Counted from the first letter of the stretch, positions 26,791 through 36,743 are shown. The stretch: DNA of 64,000 bases from Parcubacteria group bacterium M10-OD1-1 (GCA_003056145.1 LSNL01000003.1:201993-265992), one strand, 5' to 3'. The notes: generated by a model from the sequence alone, not told the origin. Numbers and translations are program-made.

Positions 26791-29175
26791 ATGAAATATA
26801 GTTACAATTGGTTAAAAGAATTAGCTAACACACAAAAGACTGCAGAGGAAATGGCAGAACTTTTAACTATGCATTCCTTTGAGCTAGAAGGATTAGAGAA
26901 AAAAGAAATTAATTTGACTGGAGTAGTAATAGGAAAAATTTTAGAGATTAAAAAACATCCAGATGCTGATAAGTTACAGCTAACTAAAATAGAGATTGGC
27001 AAAAAAAAATTAGAGATAGTTTGTGGAGCGCCAAATATTAAAATTGGTGATAAAGTGCCAGTCGCTTTGGTAGGAGCTCAATTGCCAAACGGAATAAAAA
27101 TTAGAGAAACAAAAATACGAGGAGTAAAATCCGTGGGAATGTTATGTGCAGAAGATGAATTAGATTTAGGAGAAAATCATAATGGAATTATGATTTTAGA
27201 TGAGGACGCTCCAGTTGGAATGTCCATAAAAAAATATCTAGAGATTAGAAACGACACCATTTTTGAAATAAAAATTTTACCAGATAGGGCTCACGACGCG
27301 ATGAGTTATGTTGGAGTAGCTAGGGAGATGGCAATTTTAGATAATCAAAAATTTGATTATGATTTTGCAGGTTTAAAGTTACCAAAAAAGAAATCTCGTA
27401 AATTAAAAGTTATAATCAAAGATAAAAAACTATGCCCTCGTTATATTGGTGCTGTAATGGAAGGAGTGATAATTAAAGAGTCTCCTGATTGGCTAAGAGC
27501 TCGCCTAGAAGCTTCTGGAATTCGTCCTATCAATAATGTAGTAGATGCAACTAATTATGTGATGTTAGAGCTTGGACAACCCTTACACGCTTTTGATTTT
27601 TCTCAAGTTCAAGAAATTTCAAAAAACGAGACGGCTAAAATTATAATTAGAAAAGCTCAGAAAAATGAAAAGATTGAACTTTTAGATGGAGAGGTTTTAA
27701 AATTAACGGTTGATAATTTAGTTATTGCTAATAATCAAGAACCGCTAGTCTTAGCTGGAGTAATGGGAGGAAAAAATTCTGAGATTAATAATGATACAAA
27801 ATCAATAATTTTGGAATCGGCTAATTTTAACGCAATTTCAATTAGAACAACTAGAATAGAACATAAAATTAGAACAGAATCATCAGATAGATTTGAAAAA
27901 AATATTGACCCTAATTTAGCAGAAAAAGCAATAAGAAGAGTCATAGAAATCTTAGAGCATACCGCTGAAGCTAAATTAGAAGGGGTAGTAGATATTTATC
28001 CGCAAAAAAACAAACCTCAAAAAATAGAGATTAATTTAGACTATATTAATAGTTTATTAGGAGAAGAAATAAAAAAAGCAGAGGTTTTAAAAATTTTGAA
28101 ATCTCTACAATTCAAGATTATTGGAAAAGAAGAAGAAAAAACTATTTTAGTAGAGGCACCAACTTATAGAGTTGATTTAAAAACTCCAGAAGATGTCATT
28201 GAGGATATCGGAAGAATTTGGGGCTATGAAAAAATCAAACCTCAGCCACTAGTGGAACCAATTATTCCAGCTAAAATAAATCAACAATTATTTTTAGAAA
28301 GAAAAATTAGACAAAATATAATTGGTTTAGGCTTTGATGAAATTTATAATTATTCTTTTTATGGCGAAGAAGATGTCGTAAATTGTAAATTAAATCAAAA
28401 ACAACATTTAAGATTAGAGAACCCGATGAACCCTAGTCAGCATTTAGTAAGAGCTAATTTGGTTCCAAATATCTTAAAAAATATTTTTATCAATTTAAAA
28501 CATTTTGATAGTTTTAAAATATTTAAAATAGGCAGGAATTATTGGTTGGAAAAAGGGACAGTTAAAGAAGAAAGAAAATTAGTGATGGCAAATATTTTAA
28601 AGAAAGATCAAGACGGAGAAACTTTTTATGAAATGAAAGGAGCAGTAGAAGATTTATTAGAAATTATTGGCATAGACAAAAAAGCACTTGTTATCTCAAA
28701 AATAAAAGAATTAAATAAATATTATATTCATCCAACCAGAAGTGCTGAAATAAAAATCAATGAAAAACTCATCGGCTATGTTGGAGAAATTAATCCTTTA
28801 GTGCTTTTAAAATATAAAATTGAAAAAAGAGTAGCTTTGGCTGAGATTGATTTGAGAAAACTTTTGGCTATTACTCAAACAGAAAAAAAATATCAGTCTT
28901 TAAAGAAATTTCCTAGCGTTACAAGAGATATTTCAATGCTAGTTAATCACGATGTGCAAGTTTTAGACATTGTAAATTTAATTAAAAGAGCTGGGAAAGT
29001 AATTTTGAAGGTTAGCTTATTTGATGTCTTTAAAAAAGATAAAAAAACTAGTTTAGCTTTCCATCTTGAATTTGGAGTAGATGACAGGACTTTAAAAAAT
29101 AAAGAAATTGATAAGGAAATAGGAAAAATAGTTACAGAGTTGGAAACTAAGTTAAAAGTAGAAGTCCGACAATAG
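26791..29175 (+). CDS. pheT: Phenylalanyl-tRNA synthetase beta subunit
   Basis: HPDADKL, IVCGAPN, NNVVDATNYVMLELGQPLHAFD, FPSVTRDIS. Confidence 0.97.
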   Translation: MKYSYNWLKELANTQKTAEEMAELLTMHSFELEGLEKKEINLTGVVIGKILEIKKHPDADKLQLTKIEIGKKKLEIVCGAPNIKIGDKVPVALVGAQLPNGIKIRETKIRGVKSVGMLCAEDELDLGENHNGIMILDEDAPVGMSIKKYLEIRNDTIFEIKILPDRAHDAMSYVGVAREMAILDNQKFDYDFAGLKLPKKKSRKLKVIIKDKKLCPRYIGAVMEGVIIKESPDWLRARLEASGIRPINNVVDATNYVMLELGQPLHAFDFSQVQEISKNETAKIIIRKAQKNEKIELLDGEVLKLTVDNLVIANNQEPLVLAGVMGGKNSEINNDTKSIILESANFNAISIRTTRIEHKIRTESSDRFEKNIDPNLAEKAIRRVIEILEHTAEAKLEGVVDIYPQKNKPQKIEINLDYINSLLGEEIKKAEVLKILKSLQFKIIGKEEEKTILVEAPTYRVDLKTPEDVIEDIGRIWGYEKIKPQPLVEPIIPAKINQQLFLERKIRQNIIGLGFDEIYNYSFYGEEDVVNCKLNQKQHLRLENPMNPSQHLVRANLVPNILKNIFINLKHFDSFKIFKIGRNYWLEKGTVKEERKLVMANILKKDQDGETFYEMKGAVEDLLEIIGIDKKALVISKIKELNKYYIHPTRSAEIKINEKLIGYVGEINPLVLLKYKIEKRVALAEIDLRKLLAITQTEKKYQSLKKFPSVTRDISMLVNHDVQVLDIVNLIKRAGKVILKVSLFDVFKKDKKTSLAFHLEFGVDDRTLKNKEIDKEIGKIVTELETKLKVEVRQ

Positions 29176-29190
29176 TTTTTAAAATAGTTT

Positions 29191-31785
29191 ATGAAAGAAA
29201 TTTCAAAAAAATACGAAGCTGGAAAATACGAGGAAAATATTTATAAACTTTGGGAGAAGTCAGGTTTTTTTAATCCTGATAATATTAATTCTAAAAAAAA
29301 ATATAGTAATATCTTGCCACCACCCAATGCTAATGGTGGTTTACATTTAGGACATGCCAGTGGATACACAGTAATGGATATTTTTGGTCGCTTTGAAAGA
29401 ATGAAAGGTAAATCTGTTTTACTTTTGCCAGGCAAAGATCACGCTGGAATTCAAACTCAGGTTGTTTACGAAAAAAAATTAGAAGATGAGCAAGGAATAA
29501 ATAGAAATGATTTAGGAAGAAAAAAGTTTTTTCAATCAATTTATGATTTTTGTCTAGAACGGGCTAATTATATGCGGTCACAAGAGAAAAAAATTGGGGT
29601 GAGCGCTGATTGGTCAAGAGAAAAATTTACTTTAGATACTGAAGTTTCAAAAATTGCTATGGAAACTTTCGTTAAAATGCACAAAGACGGAATGATTTAT
29701 CAGGGTGAAAGAATTATTAATTGGTGTCCACGATGTAAAACAGCTTTATCGGATATTGAAGTGGATCATAAAACAGTTCAAGGAAAAATATACTTTATTA
29801 AATATCCTATTCAAAATTCAGAAAAGTTTATTACAGTGGCAACAACTAGACCAGAGACAATGTTAGGGGATAGTGCTGTAGCAGTTAATTCTCAAGACGA
29901 AAGATATACAAAATTGGTGGGTTTAAAAGTTATTTTACCCTTAGAAAATAGGATTATTCCGATAATTGCTGATAAAAGAATTGATAAAGAATTTGGAACA
30001 GGAGCGGTTAAAATTACTCCTGCTCACGATCTTTTAGATTGGGACATTGGTCAAGATCACCAGCTTCCTATTATTCAAGTTATTAATGAGAAAGCTCAAA
30101 TAACTAAACAGGGAGGGAAATATCAAGGTCAAGATGTTTTAGTAGCTAGGAAAAATATTTTAGCTGATTTAAAGATGCAGGGTTTTTTTGAAAAAGAAGA
30201 GGACTTAGAAATTAATAAATCAATTTGTGAAAGATGCAAGGAAACGATTGAACCCCTTATTTCAAAGCAATGGTTTGTTGCCGTAGATGCTAAAAAATAC
30301 TCGTTAAAGAAAGAAGCTTTGAAAGCTATTAAAAATGGTGAAATAAAATTTTTTCCAGAAAATTTTCGGAAAACAATGATTCAGTGGCTTTCTAATTTGC
30401 ATGATTGGTGTATTTCTCGACAAATCTGGTGGGGTCATCAAATCCCAGTTTGGTATTGTGAAAAATGTGGAGAAGAGGAATACATTGTTTCTATTGAAAA
30501 ACCCTTAGCTTGTCCAAAATGTCAAGGTAAAAAATTAAGACAAGAAACCGATACTTTTGATACTTGGTTTTCCTCTGGTCAATGGGTGCATACTACACTT
30601 GGCTATCCTCAAGGAAAAGATTTCAAAGAGTTTTATCCGACAGATATGATGATTATGGGAAGAGATCTCCTCTTTTTTTGGGCTTCCAGAATGATAATGA
30701 TGAGCTTATATAGAACAGGAGAGGTTCCTTTTAAAAACTTATTTTTTACAGGATTGATTAGAGATAAATTAGGTAAAAAAATGTCTAAATCTAAGGGTAA
30801 TGGTATTGATCCTTTACAAATGATAGATAAATATGGAGTTGATGCACTAAGACTTAGCTTGGTAATGGATACAACTCCTGGACAAGATTCTCGGTTGTAT
30901 GAAGAAAAAATTGAAGGTTTTAGAAATTTTATTACTAAACTTTGGAATATTTATCGTTATTCAACTACAGCTAGTCCAGAATTTTTCTTAAAGGAAAAAA
31001 TTGCTTCTCGAGATGTTAAATCAGTGGCTGACCAATGGATTATAGCTAAGCTAAATGAAACCATAGAAAGTGTAACAATCTTTATGGAGAAAAAGGAAAT
31101 TTCTTTAGCTCAGGAAAAACTTAAAAAATTTACTTGGGATGATTTAGCGGATTGGTATTTAGAAATTCATAAAATTGAGAAAAATAATCAAGTTTTAGGT
31201 TACCTTTTAGATAAAATTTTAAAACTTTGGCACCCATTTACTCCTTTTGTAACCGAAAAAATTTGGCAAGATTTTTGGCAAGGAGAAAAAATGTTGATGA
31301 TGGAAAAGTGGGTAAAGCCAGAAAAAAAATTAGAAATTAAAAAAGCACAAGAACTTTTTGAAGAAATCAAAGAAGTAATTTCTAAAGTAAGAAATTTAAG
31401 AGCTAATTATAGAATAGACCCAGCTAAAATTGTTCAAGCTTACTCAATAAAAATAAAGGAGCAAAAAATTATTGAAAAATTAGCTCGGATAGAAATCATT
31501 GAAAAACTAGCTAGCACTAAAAGTATTCAAATAATAACTAAGAATGTAGAGTTGTCTTTAGATATTGCTAACTTAATAGATATTGCTAAAGAAAAAAAAC
31601 GGACCAAAAAAGAAATTGAACAATTAAATCAATTAATTGTTAAAATAAAAAATTTATTAGCTAATAAAAAATTTAAAGATAGTGCTCCTGAAAAAGTTAT
31701 TTTGCAAAACCAAAAAAAGTTAAAAGAATATCAAGAAAAAATAAAAACTCAAAAAGAGTTGTTAATGAATATCACTAAATTTTAA
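29191..31785 (+). CDS. valS: Valyl-tRNA synthetase
   Basis: PPPNANGGLHLGH, DHAGIQTQ, DWCISRQIWWGH, KMSKS. Confidence 0.97.
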   Translation: MKEISKKYEAGKYEENIYKLWEKSGFFNPDNINSKKKYSNILPPPNANGGLHLGHASGYTVMDIFGRFERMKGKSVLLLPGKDHAGIQTQVVYEKKLEDEQGINRNDLGRKKFFQSIYDFCLERANYMRSQEKKIGVSADWSREKFTLDTEVSKIAMETFVKMHKDGMIYQGERIINWCPRCKTALSDIEVDHKTVQGKIYFIKYPIQNSEKFITVATTRPETMLGDSAVAVNSQDERYTKLVGLKVILPLENRIIPIIADKRIDKEFGTGAVKITPAHDLLDWDIGQDHQLPIIQVINEKAQITKQGGKYQGQDVLVARKNILADLKMQGFFEKEEDLEINKSICERCKETIEPLISKQWFVAVDAKKYSLKKEALKAIKNGEIKFFPENFRKTMIQWLSNLHDWCISRQIWWGHQIPVWYCEKCGEEEYIVSIEKPLACPKCQGKKLRQETDTFDTWFSSGQWVHTTLGYPQGKDFKEFYPTDMMIMGRDLLFFWASRMIMMSLYRTGEVPFKNLFFTGLIRDKLGKKMSKSKGNGIDPLQMIDKYGVDALRLSLVMDTTPGQDSRLYEEKIEGFRNFITKLWNIYRYSTTASPEFFLKEKIASRDVKSVADQWIIAKLNETIESVTIFMEKKEISLAQEKLKKFTWDDLADWYLEIHKIEKNNQVLGYLLDKILKLWHPFTPFVTEKIWQDFWQGEKMLMMEKWVKPEKKLEIKKAQELFEEIKEVISKVRNLRANYRIDPAKIVQAYSIKIKEQKIIEKLARIEIIEKLASTKSIQIITKNVELSLDIANLIDIAKEKKRTKKEIEQLNQLIVKIKNLLANKKFKDSAPEKVILQNQKKLKEYQEKIKTQKELLMNITKF

Positions 31786-31874
31786 GACCTTATTTACAAA
31801 AAGTTAATTTTATGGTAAGGTTTCAGGTGGTTTAAAAAGTGAAATTTTAAGAAATAAAGTAGTTCTTTTAATAC

Positions 31875-32209
31875 TTATCAAGGTAAATTGAGTAGTCGCT
31901 CCAGTTTTTGGAGAGGAAAGTCCGGACATTCAGCCTAATCTTAATTGGCAAGGGTAGCGGGTAACTCCCGTCTAGAGTAATCTAAGAGGTGCGAGCAGAG
32001 ACGCTTCCTTCAGAAATGAAGAAGCACCCTTTTGGGGTGAGCTCTAATAGTAATATTAGAGGTGAAACGGCAAAATCCTTACCTGAATGCAAGGTCGTGT
32101 TCTATTTTTGAATAAAATATAGAAAGTGCCGCGCGAGGTTTTAAGTAATTAAAACCCAAGATAAATGACTACTCACGACAAAATCCGGCTTATAGATTTA
32201 CCTTGATAA
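31875..32209 (+). ncRNA. rnpB: RNase P RNA
   Basis: GAGGAAAGTCCGG and ACAAAATCCGGCTTAT (P4 halves), P2 GAGTAGTC/GACTACTC, P1 TTATCAAGGTAAAT/ATTTACCTTGATAA, GTGAAAC. Confidence 0.95.
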
Positions 32210-32260
32210 ATATCAAAAGAATTAAAAACTAAATTAAGTAAAATTAGAAATAAGATTATT

Positions 32261-33688
32261 ATGAAAAAATCAGAATTATTTTTTAGTGCTGTTCAGGTCT
32301 TAATTGATTTTTTAATGATTATTTTGGCAGCCACTTCTGCTTATTATATTAGAAATGTTCCAGAAATATTAGCTTTAAAATCAAAACTTTATAATTTTTC
32401 TTTCCACAATTATATCCAAATTGTGTTAATTGTAGTGCCATTCTTCTTAATCATTTACGCGTTGGAAGGTCTTTACGATATTAGAGCTACTAGAAAATTT
32501 TGGCAAGAAGCTGTAAAAATATTTTCGGCTACTTCTATTGGCTTAGTGATAATTATTGTTGCTATATTCTTAAAACGAGAATGGTTTTCTTCCCGTTTCG
32601 TTATTTTGGCTGGTTGGATGTTGGTTACTTTTTACGTTGTTTCGGCTAGATATTTTGTGCATCTTATTCAAAAATGGTTATTAAGAAATAAAGGAATTGG
32701 TATACACAGGCTTTTATTGATTGGTAGAAACGGGAAAATTAGTACTATTGCTAAATTTATTTTACAAAATCCTAATCTTGGTTATAAAGTTATTGATCAG
32801 ATTAATACGGCCAGTGTACACTTAATTAAGCAAATAAAGAAGGAAAGGGGAATTGACGATATAATTTTGTGTGAACCTTCAATTACTGATGCGGAACAAG
32901 AGAAGTTAATTGATTTCTGCTCCATTCATAATATTAAGTATCAATATATTCCAACTACTCTACAAACTTCTAAATTTGAGATAGGTGTTTTAAATGGAGA
33001 GCCGTTAATTGAAGTTAAAAATACTCCCTTAGAAGGTTGGGGAAAAATTTCTAAGAGAATTTTTGATATAGTGATTTCTGCACTAGGAATTATTCTAGCG
33101 TCGCCAATAATGTTATTAGTGGCGATAGCTATTAAATTAGATGATGGCGGTCCAATTATCTATAAAAATGAGAGGATTGGTAACGATGGAAAAAAATTCT
33201 TAGTCTATAAATTCAGATATTTAAAACAAAATTGTTGTATTTCTAAAGACAATCCAAAGCTAGAAGAAGCCTTAAATTTAGAAAAAAAACTAATCAAGAA
33301 GCAAAGTGTTCGGAAAGGACCTCTCTATAAAATTAAAAATGACCCTAGAAAAACTATAACGGGAAACTTTATTGAAAAATATTCCATTGATGAATTACCG
33401 CAATTTTTCAATGTTCTCTTTGGATCAATGAGTATGGTTGGTCCACGTCCTCATCAAAAAAGAGAAGTAGAAAAATATATGGAATATCATAGAAGGTTAT
33501 TAACTATTAAACCAGGAGTAACGGGTATGGCACAAGTTTCTGGACGTTCTGACTTAGATTTTGAAAATGAATATAAATTAGATTTATTTTATATTGAAAA
33601 TTGGTCGTTAAAACTAGATATTCAGATATGTCTCAAAACTTTTGGAGTGTTATTTAGAAAAAGAAAAAATATTTCTTCTCAATCTTAA
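32261..33688 (+). CDS. Polyprenyl glycosylphosphotransferase (WcaJ/WbaP-like sugar transferase)
   Basis: KRIFDI, YKFR, DPR, SIDELPQFFNVLFGSMSMVGPRP, KPGVTGMAQVSGRS. Confidence 0.93.
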   Translation: MKKSELFFSAVQVLIDFLMIILAATSAYYIRNVPEILALKSKLYNFSFHNYIQIVLIVVPFFLIIYALEGLYDIRATRKFWQEAVKIFSATSIGLVIIIVAIFLKREWFSSRFVILAGWMLVTFYVVSARYFVHLIQKWLLRNKGIGIHRLLLIGRNGKISTIAKFILQNPNLGYKVIDQINTASVHLIKQIKKERGIDDIILCEPSITDAEQEKLIDFCSIHNIKYQYIPTTLQTSKFEIGVLNGEPLIEVKNTPLEGWGKISKRIFDIVISALGIILASPIMLLVAIAIKLDDGGPIIYKNERIGNDGKKFLVYKFRYLKQNCCISKDNPKLEEALNLEKKLIKKQSVRKGPLYKIKNDPRKTITGNFIEKYSIDELPQFFNVLFGSMSMVGPRPHQKREVEKYMEYHRRLLTIKPGVTGMAQVSGRSDLDFENEYKLDLFYIENWSLKLDIQICLKTFGVLFRKRKNISSQS

Positions 33689-33774
33689 ACTAATTAAAGA
33701 TAAGAATAGTTTAGTTTTTTATAAACTTGACCAAAGCTGACAAGAAAGTTAATCTGAATAAGTAGAAATTAACT

Positions 33775-33870
33775 ATGACAATGAAAATTAATAATACAAC
33801 AATTTGGTTTTTCTTTTATTTGTTCTTTACTGAGCAAGAAGGCCATTTTGTTTTTGCGAAAAAAGATTAA
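33775..33870 (+). CDS. Putative aromatic-rich leader peptide (31 aa)
   Basis: MTMKINNTTIWFFFYLFFTEQEGHFVFAKKD* lies between a TTGACC-17-TAATCT promoter (33727) and a terminator. Confidence 0.35.
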   Translation: MTMKINNTTIWFFFYLFFTEQEGHFVFAKKD

Positions 33871-33890
33871 ATAAATTTTTTCCTAAAAAT

Positions 33891-33917
33891 AAACTGGTCT
33901 GATGACCAGTTTTTTTT
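33891..33917 (+). terminator. Intrinsic terminator / attenuator hairpin
   Basis: AAACTGGTC-TGAT-GACCAGTTT followed by Ts. Confidence 0.75.
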
Positions 33918-33975
33918 GTTCTTTCAATTTAAGAGTATCTTCACTAATTAACAATTAAAACAGGGGGAGAAGGCT

Positions 33976-34200
33976 ATGAATTTAAAACGAGCTAAGAAGA
34001 TTAAAGAAGAAATTGCTGAAATTGTAGATGATTTTCCTTATGTAGTTTTAGAATTTTTTCTTGACTCGGGAATAAGAGTAAGTGGTAGCTACACTAAATC
34101 ATTGGAGGGCACGAGTCTTCCGTGGATAATTTTAAATGAAAATTATCCACTTAATTTGAACGAAGTGGCTAGTGTTAAAATAGCAGATGATGACTTCTAA
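33976..34200 (+). CDS. Small hypothetical protein, possible Sm/Hfq-like fold
   Basis: GGGGGAG SD. N-terminal helix, then VLEFFLDSGIRVSG...WIIL...LNLNEVASVKI. Confidence 0.55.
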   Translation: MNLKRAKKIKEEIAEIVDDFPYVVLEFFLDSGIRVSGSYTKSLEGTSLPWIILNENYPLNLNEVASVKIADDDF

Positions 34201-34285
34201 TAGGTAGAAGATAATTTTTTAAAATTAATTCCTTACTGTTTCAACGAAATGGCAAGGAATTTTTTAATTAAAAAATAGTTAGTTA

Positions 34286-34954
34286 TTAGAGGGTAATCAA
34301 AATAAAAACTAAGAGAAAAGAAAGAAGAATAAATCCGAAACCAATAAAATTTAGGAAATAATGCTTTAGAAACCAAGGCTTGTATTGAGAAATTCTTTGA
34401 TTGAGTTCTTGAATATTTTGCCATAAATAATAGTTAAGATAGGCTGGACGCATAGCCAGTGATTGATTTACTATAACTTGATTGCCGATTGCTAGATATT
34501 TATTTTGAGGCATTGAATTTTTTATAATAAAAAGATAAGCGTGTTTAGATTTTGGTTTGGGATAAAAATGTAAATTTAAACAATAGATCTTTCCTTGGGA
34601 ATGGTTAATTCTAGAGAAGGCAAAATCAATAGTATCTTTGGATTTTAATGAATGTAATTTTAATTTAGAAGTTCTCAATAAATGAGAACAATCAGTTGAA
34701 GAAATCTTTAATTCTAGGGTTCCTCCATGGCTTACACGAGAATTACCGAATAAGATCCTTATCTGAGACAAACCATCATAATCAGCTTGAAATTTTTGTG
34801 TAATTCCTTGATCGGGGAGCTTTATCTTAGTTCCCTTCTCTACCGTCCAATGATTATCAGGAAAAGACCATTTTTGGTTAATTCCAGCTAAAATAATTCC
34901 AAAAAGAATAAGGAGAGAAATTAAAAAAATATTTTTTTTCAAAAGATAAAACAT
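34286..34954 (-). CDS. Hypothetical membrane protein (two TM helices flanking an extracellular beta domain)
   Basis: Hydrophobic N and C termini. 4 nt downstream of the GT-C gene. Confidence 0.65.
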   Translation of the reverse strand: MFYLLKKNIFLISLLILFGIILAGINQKWSFPDNHWTVEKGTKIKLPDQGITQKFQADYDGLSQIRILFGNSRVSHGGTLELKISSTDCSHLLRTSKLKLHSLKSKDTIDFAFSRINHSQGKIYCLNLHFYPKPKSKHAYLFIIKNSMPQNKYLAIGNQVIVNQSLAMRPAYLNYYLWQNIQELNQRISQYKPWFLKHYFLNFIGFGFILLSFLLVFILITL

Positions 34955-34958
34955 AAGT

Positions 34959-36419
34959 TTATAAGTAAAAACGAGGGAGAATAAAATTAAAAATTATATA
35001 AAAACAAAAAGAAAACATTAAGATAAATCCAGTAAGAAGAATATTTTTAAAATAGCGCTCCTTTTTCAATAACATGCCCAAGCCAACAAAAACCAAAATA
35101 AGATGAGAAGCTAAATTAGGTAAGAAATATCTTCCGGGTGTGCCGAGAGTTAATCGATGGAAACTTATAAAAACTTTCCAATCGTAAGTCCGAATACCTA
35201 GCTGTAAGGCAATAATCATTAATAATAAAAAAATAATATATTTTTTATCGGGTAAATAATGAGGTATTTTTTTAGTCCAGAAAAATAAAACTAAACCTAG
35301 CACAGATAAGGTTTCTATCCAAAAAATTAAATTAGTAAAATTATGAGTAAGCCAATTACTCTTCCAACTTAAACTACCCCAATAAGTACGAGAAGATAAA
35401 GCAAAACGACCCATACTCAAGCTAGTATCAAGATATTTTTGTAAAGAGGAAAAAGTTTGAGTTGGAGTACCTTCGAAAGGCAAAAGTCCTCTTAGATTAT
35501 ACTGAGTGTTAGCTAGAAAAGTGAGAGTGATTAAAAAAACGAAAAAAAGAGATAAATAGTAGCCTAAATGTCGTTGGCGCTTTATTTTTTGATAGCTATG
35601 AAAAGCGATTAAAAAAATAAAAGCTATCAAAAGAACAATAGCTGTTCCTTTGGTTAATAAACCTAAGATTAGAGCAATCAGCATTAGAGTAAAATTTTTC
35701 CAGTTTAATCCTTGTTTTAAACTTAAAATGCCACCTAAAGTAAAAAGAAAAAAGAGAGGAATGAGTAAAACATCATAATTGATGTTAGTAAAATACATGG
35801 TAAATTTAGGCTGGAAAGCTAGTATAGCGCTTAAAATTAGGCTGTAGTCCCTTTTTAAACCGATATTAATAGCAATTAGGTAACTTAGGAAAACAGCCAG
35901 AGTACCCAAGAAAACAGAAAAAATTCTGATCAAATAAAATCTTACTAGAATATTACTACTAGAAAAAGTTTTTTCTATCCAAGAGGCGAGTGTATGATAA
36001 AGAGTATGGGTAGCGGTATCGGCTGGATAATAATAATTAAGGGGCTTCCATTGAGAAGCGCTGATAGAATTTTCATTTTGACCGATATAGCCAGGGACGA
36101 AATTGGCGGTATTATATAAACCTTTGCGAATTATATTAAGGTTGCTAGCTTCTCCAGCGTGGATTATTTCTTGGGAAAAATTATAATTCTCAATCTGTTT
36201 ATTTTTGTGTCCAATTCGGCGTTTGATTTTTTGAGCAGAAGGAACGCTGGGATAAGAAATGGATTGAATAGTATTATAGTGTCGGGCTTCATCTTGTCCA
36301 GTAAAAAGAGGATAAAGTGTAGCCAAAAAAACGCCTTTCAAAAAAAAGACACTTAAAATTAAAAGTAAAATAACTTTTGTTTTTTGGAAAGATTTTAATT
36401 TAAATAACCATTTTTGCAT
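34959..36419 (-). CDS. GT-C fold / DUF2142-like membrane glycosyltransferase
   Basis: PLFTGQDEARH, RIFSVFLG, NINYDVL, LLTKGT, GRYFLP. Confidence 0.75.
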   Translation of the reverse strand: MQKWLFKLKSFQKTKVILLLILSVFFLKGVFLATLYPLFTGQDEARHYNTIQSISYPSVPSAQKIKRRIGHKNKQIENYNFSQEIIHAGEASNLNIIRKGLYNTANFVPGYIGQNENSISASQWKPLNYYYPADTATHTLYHTLASWIEKTFSSSNILVRFYLIRIFSVFLGTLAVFLSYLIAINIGLKRDYSLILSAILAFQPKFTMYFTNINYDVLLIPLFFLFTLGGILSLKQGLNWKNFTLMLIALILGLLTKGTAIVLLIAFIFLIAFHSYQKIKRQRHLGYYLSLFFVFLITLTFLANTQYNLRGLLPFEGTPTQTFSSLQKYLDTSLSMGRFALSSRTYWGSLSWKSNWLTHNFTNLIFWIETLSVLGLVLFFWTKKIPHYLPDKKYIIFLLLMIIALQLGIRTYDWKVFISFHRLTLGTPGRYFLPNLASHLILVFVGLGMLLKKERYFKNILLTGFILMFSFCFYIIFNFILPRFYL

Positions 36420-36439
36420 AAATTTAGTATACTATATTT

Positions 36440-36509
36440 GATTAAACCTGTCATTTCAGCATCTCAGGGAGAGTAGCACTAATATAGGAAAAGGATGACA
36501 AGTTTAATC
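36440..36509 (-). other. Structured inverted-repeat element in the leader of the DUF2142-like gene
   Basis: On the minus strand GATTAAACTTGTCAT pairs with ATGACAGGTTTAATC (15 bp, one G-U) around a 40-nt core. Confidence 0.55.
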
Positions 36510-36697
36510 TTTACGAATACCTAAATATAAAAAATTGATGCTTTTTAAATCCATTGTTATAATGAAAATATGAAAAAAATAAATGACAATAAAAAAATAG
36601 AAAAAGTTTTCTCATCTAATGAATTCTTTTTTGTTTTCTAGGAAAACAGTAAGTTTATGCTATAGATGAGTGATATTTTTGGATAAAAATAAAAAAG

Positions 36698-36743
36698 TGC
36701 TATAATAAATACGTATTTAACTCTGTATTTAAATACAGAGTTA
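36698..36743 (+). promoter_or_regulatory. Extended -10 promoter and palindromic operator(s) of the abrB-like gene
   Basis: TGCTATAAT, then palindrome AAATACGTATTT (36707-36718) and a perfect 26-bp palindrome TAACTCTGTATTTAAATACAGAGTTA (36718-36743). Confidence 0.7.

Noticed and set aside
36440-36509. TPP riboswitch (GTGC...CTGAGA on the minus strand)
   Set aside because: The downstream CCTGA...TAAT...GCG.AGGGA half is absent.
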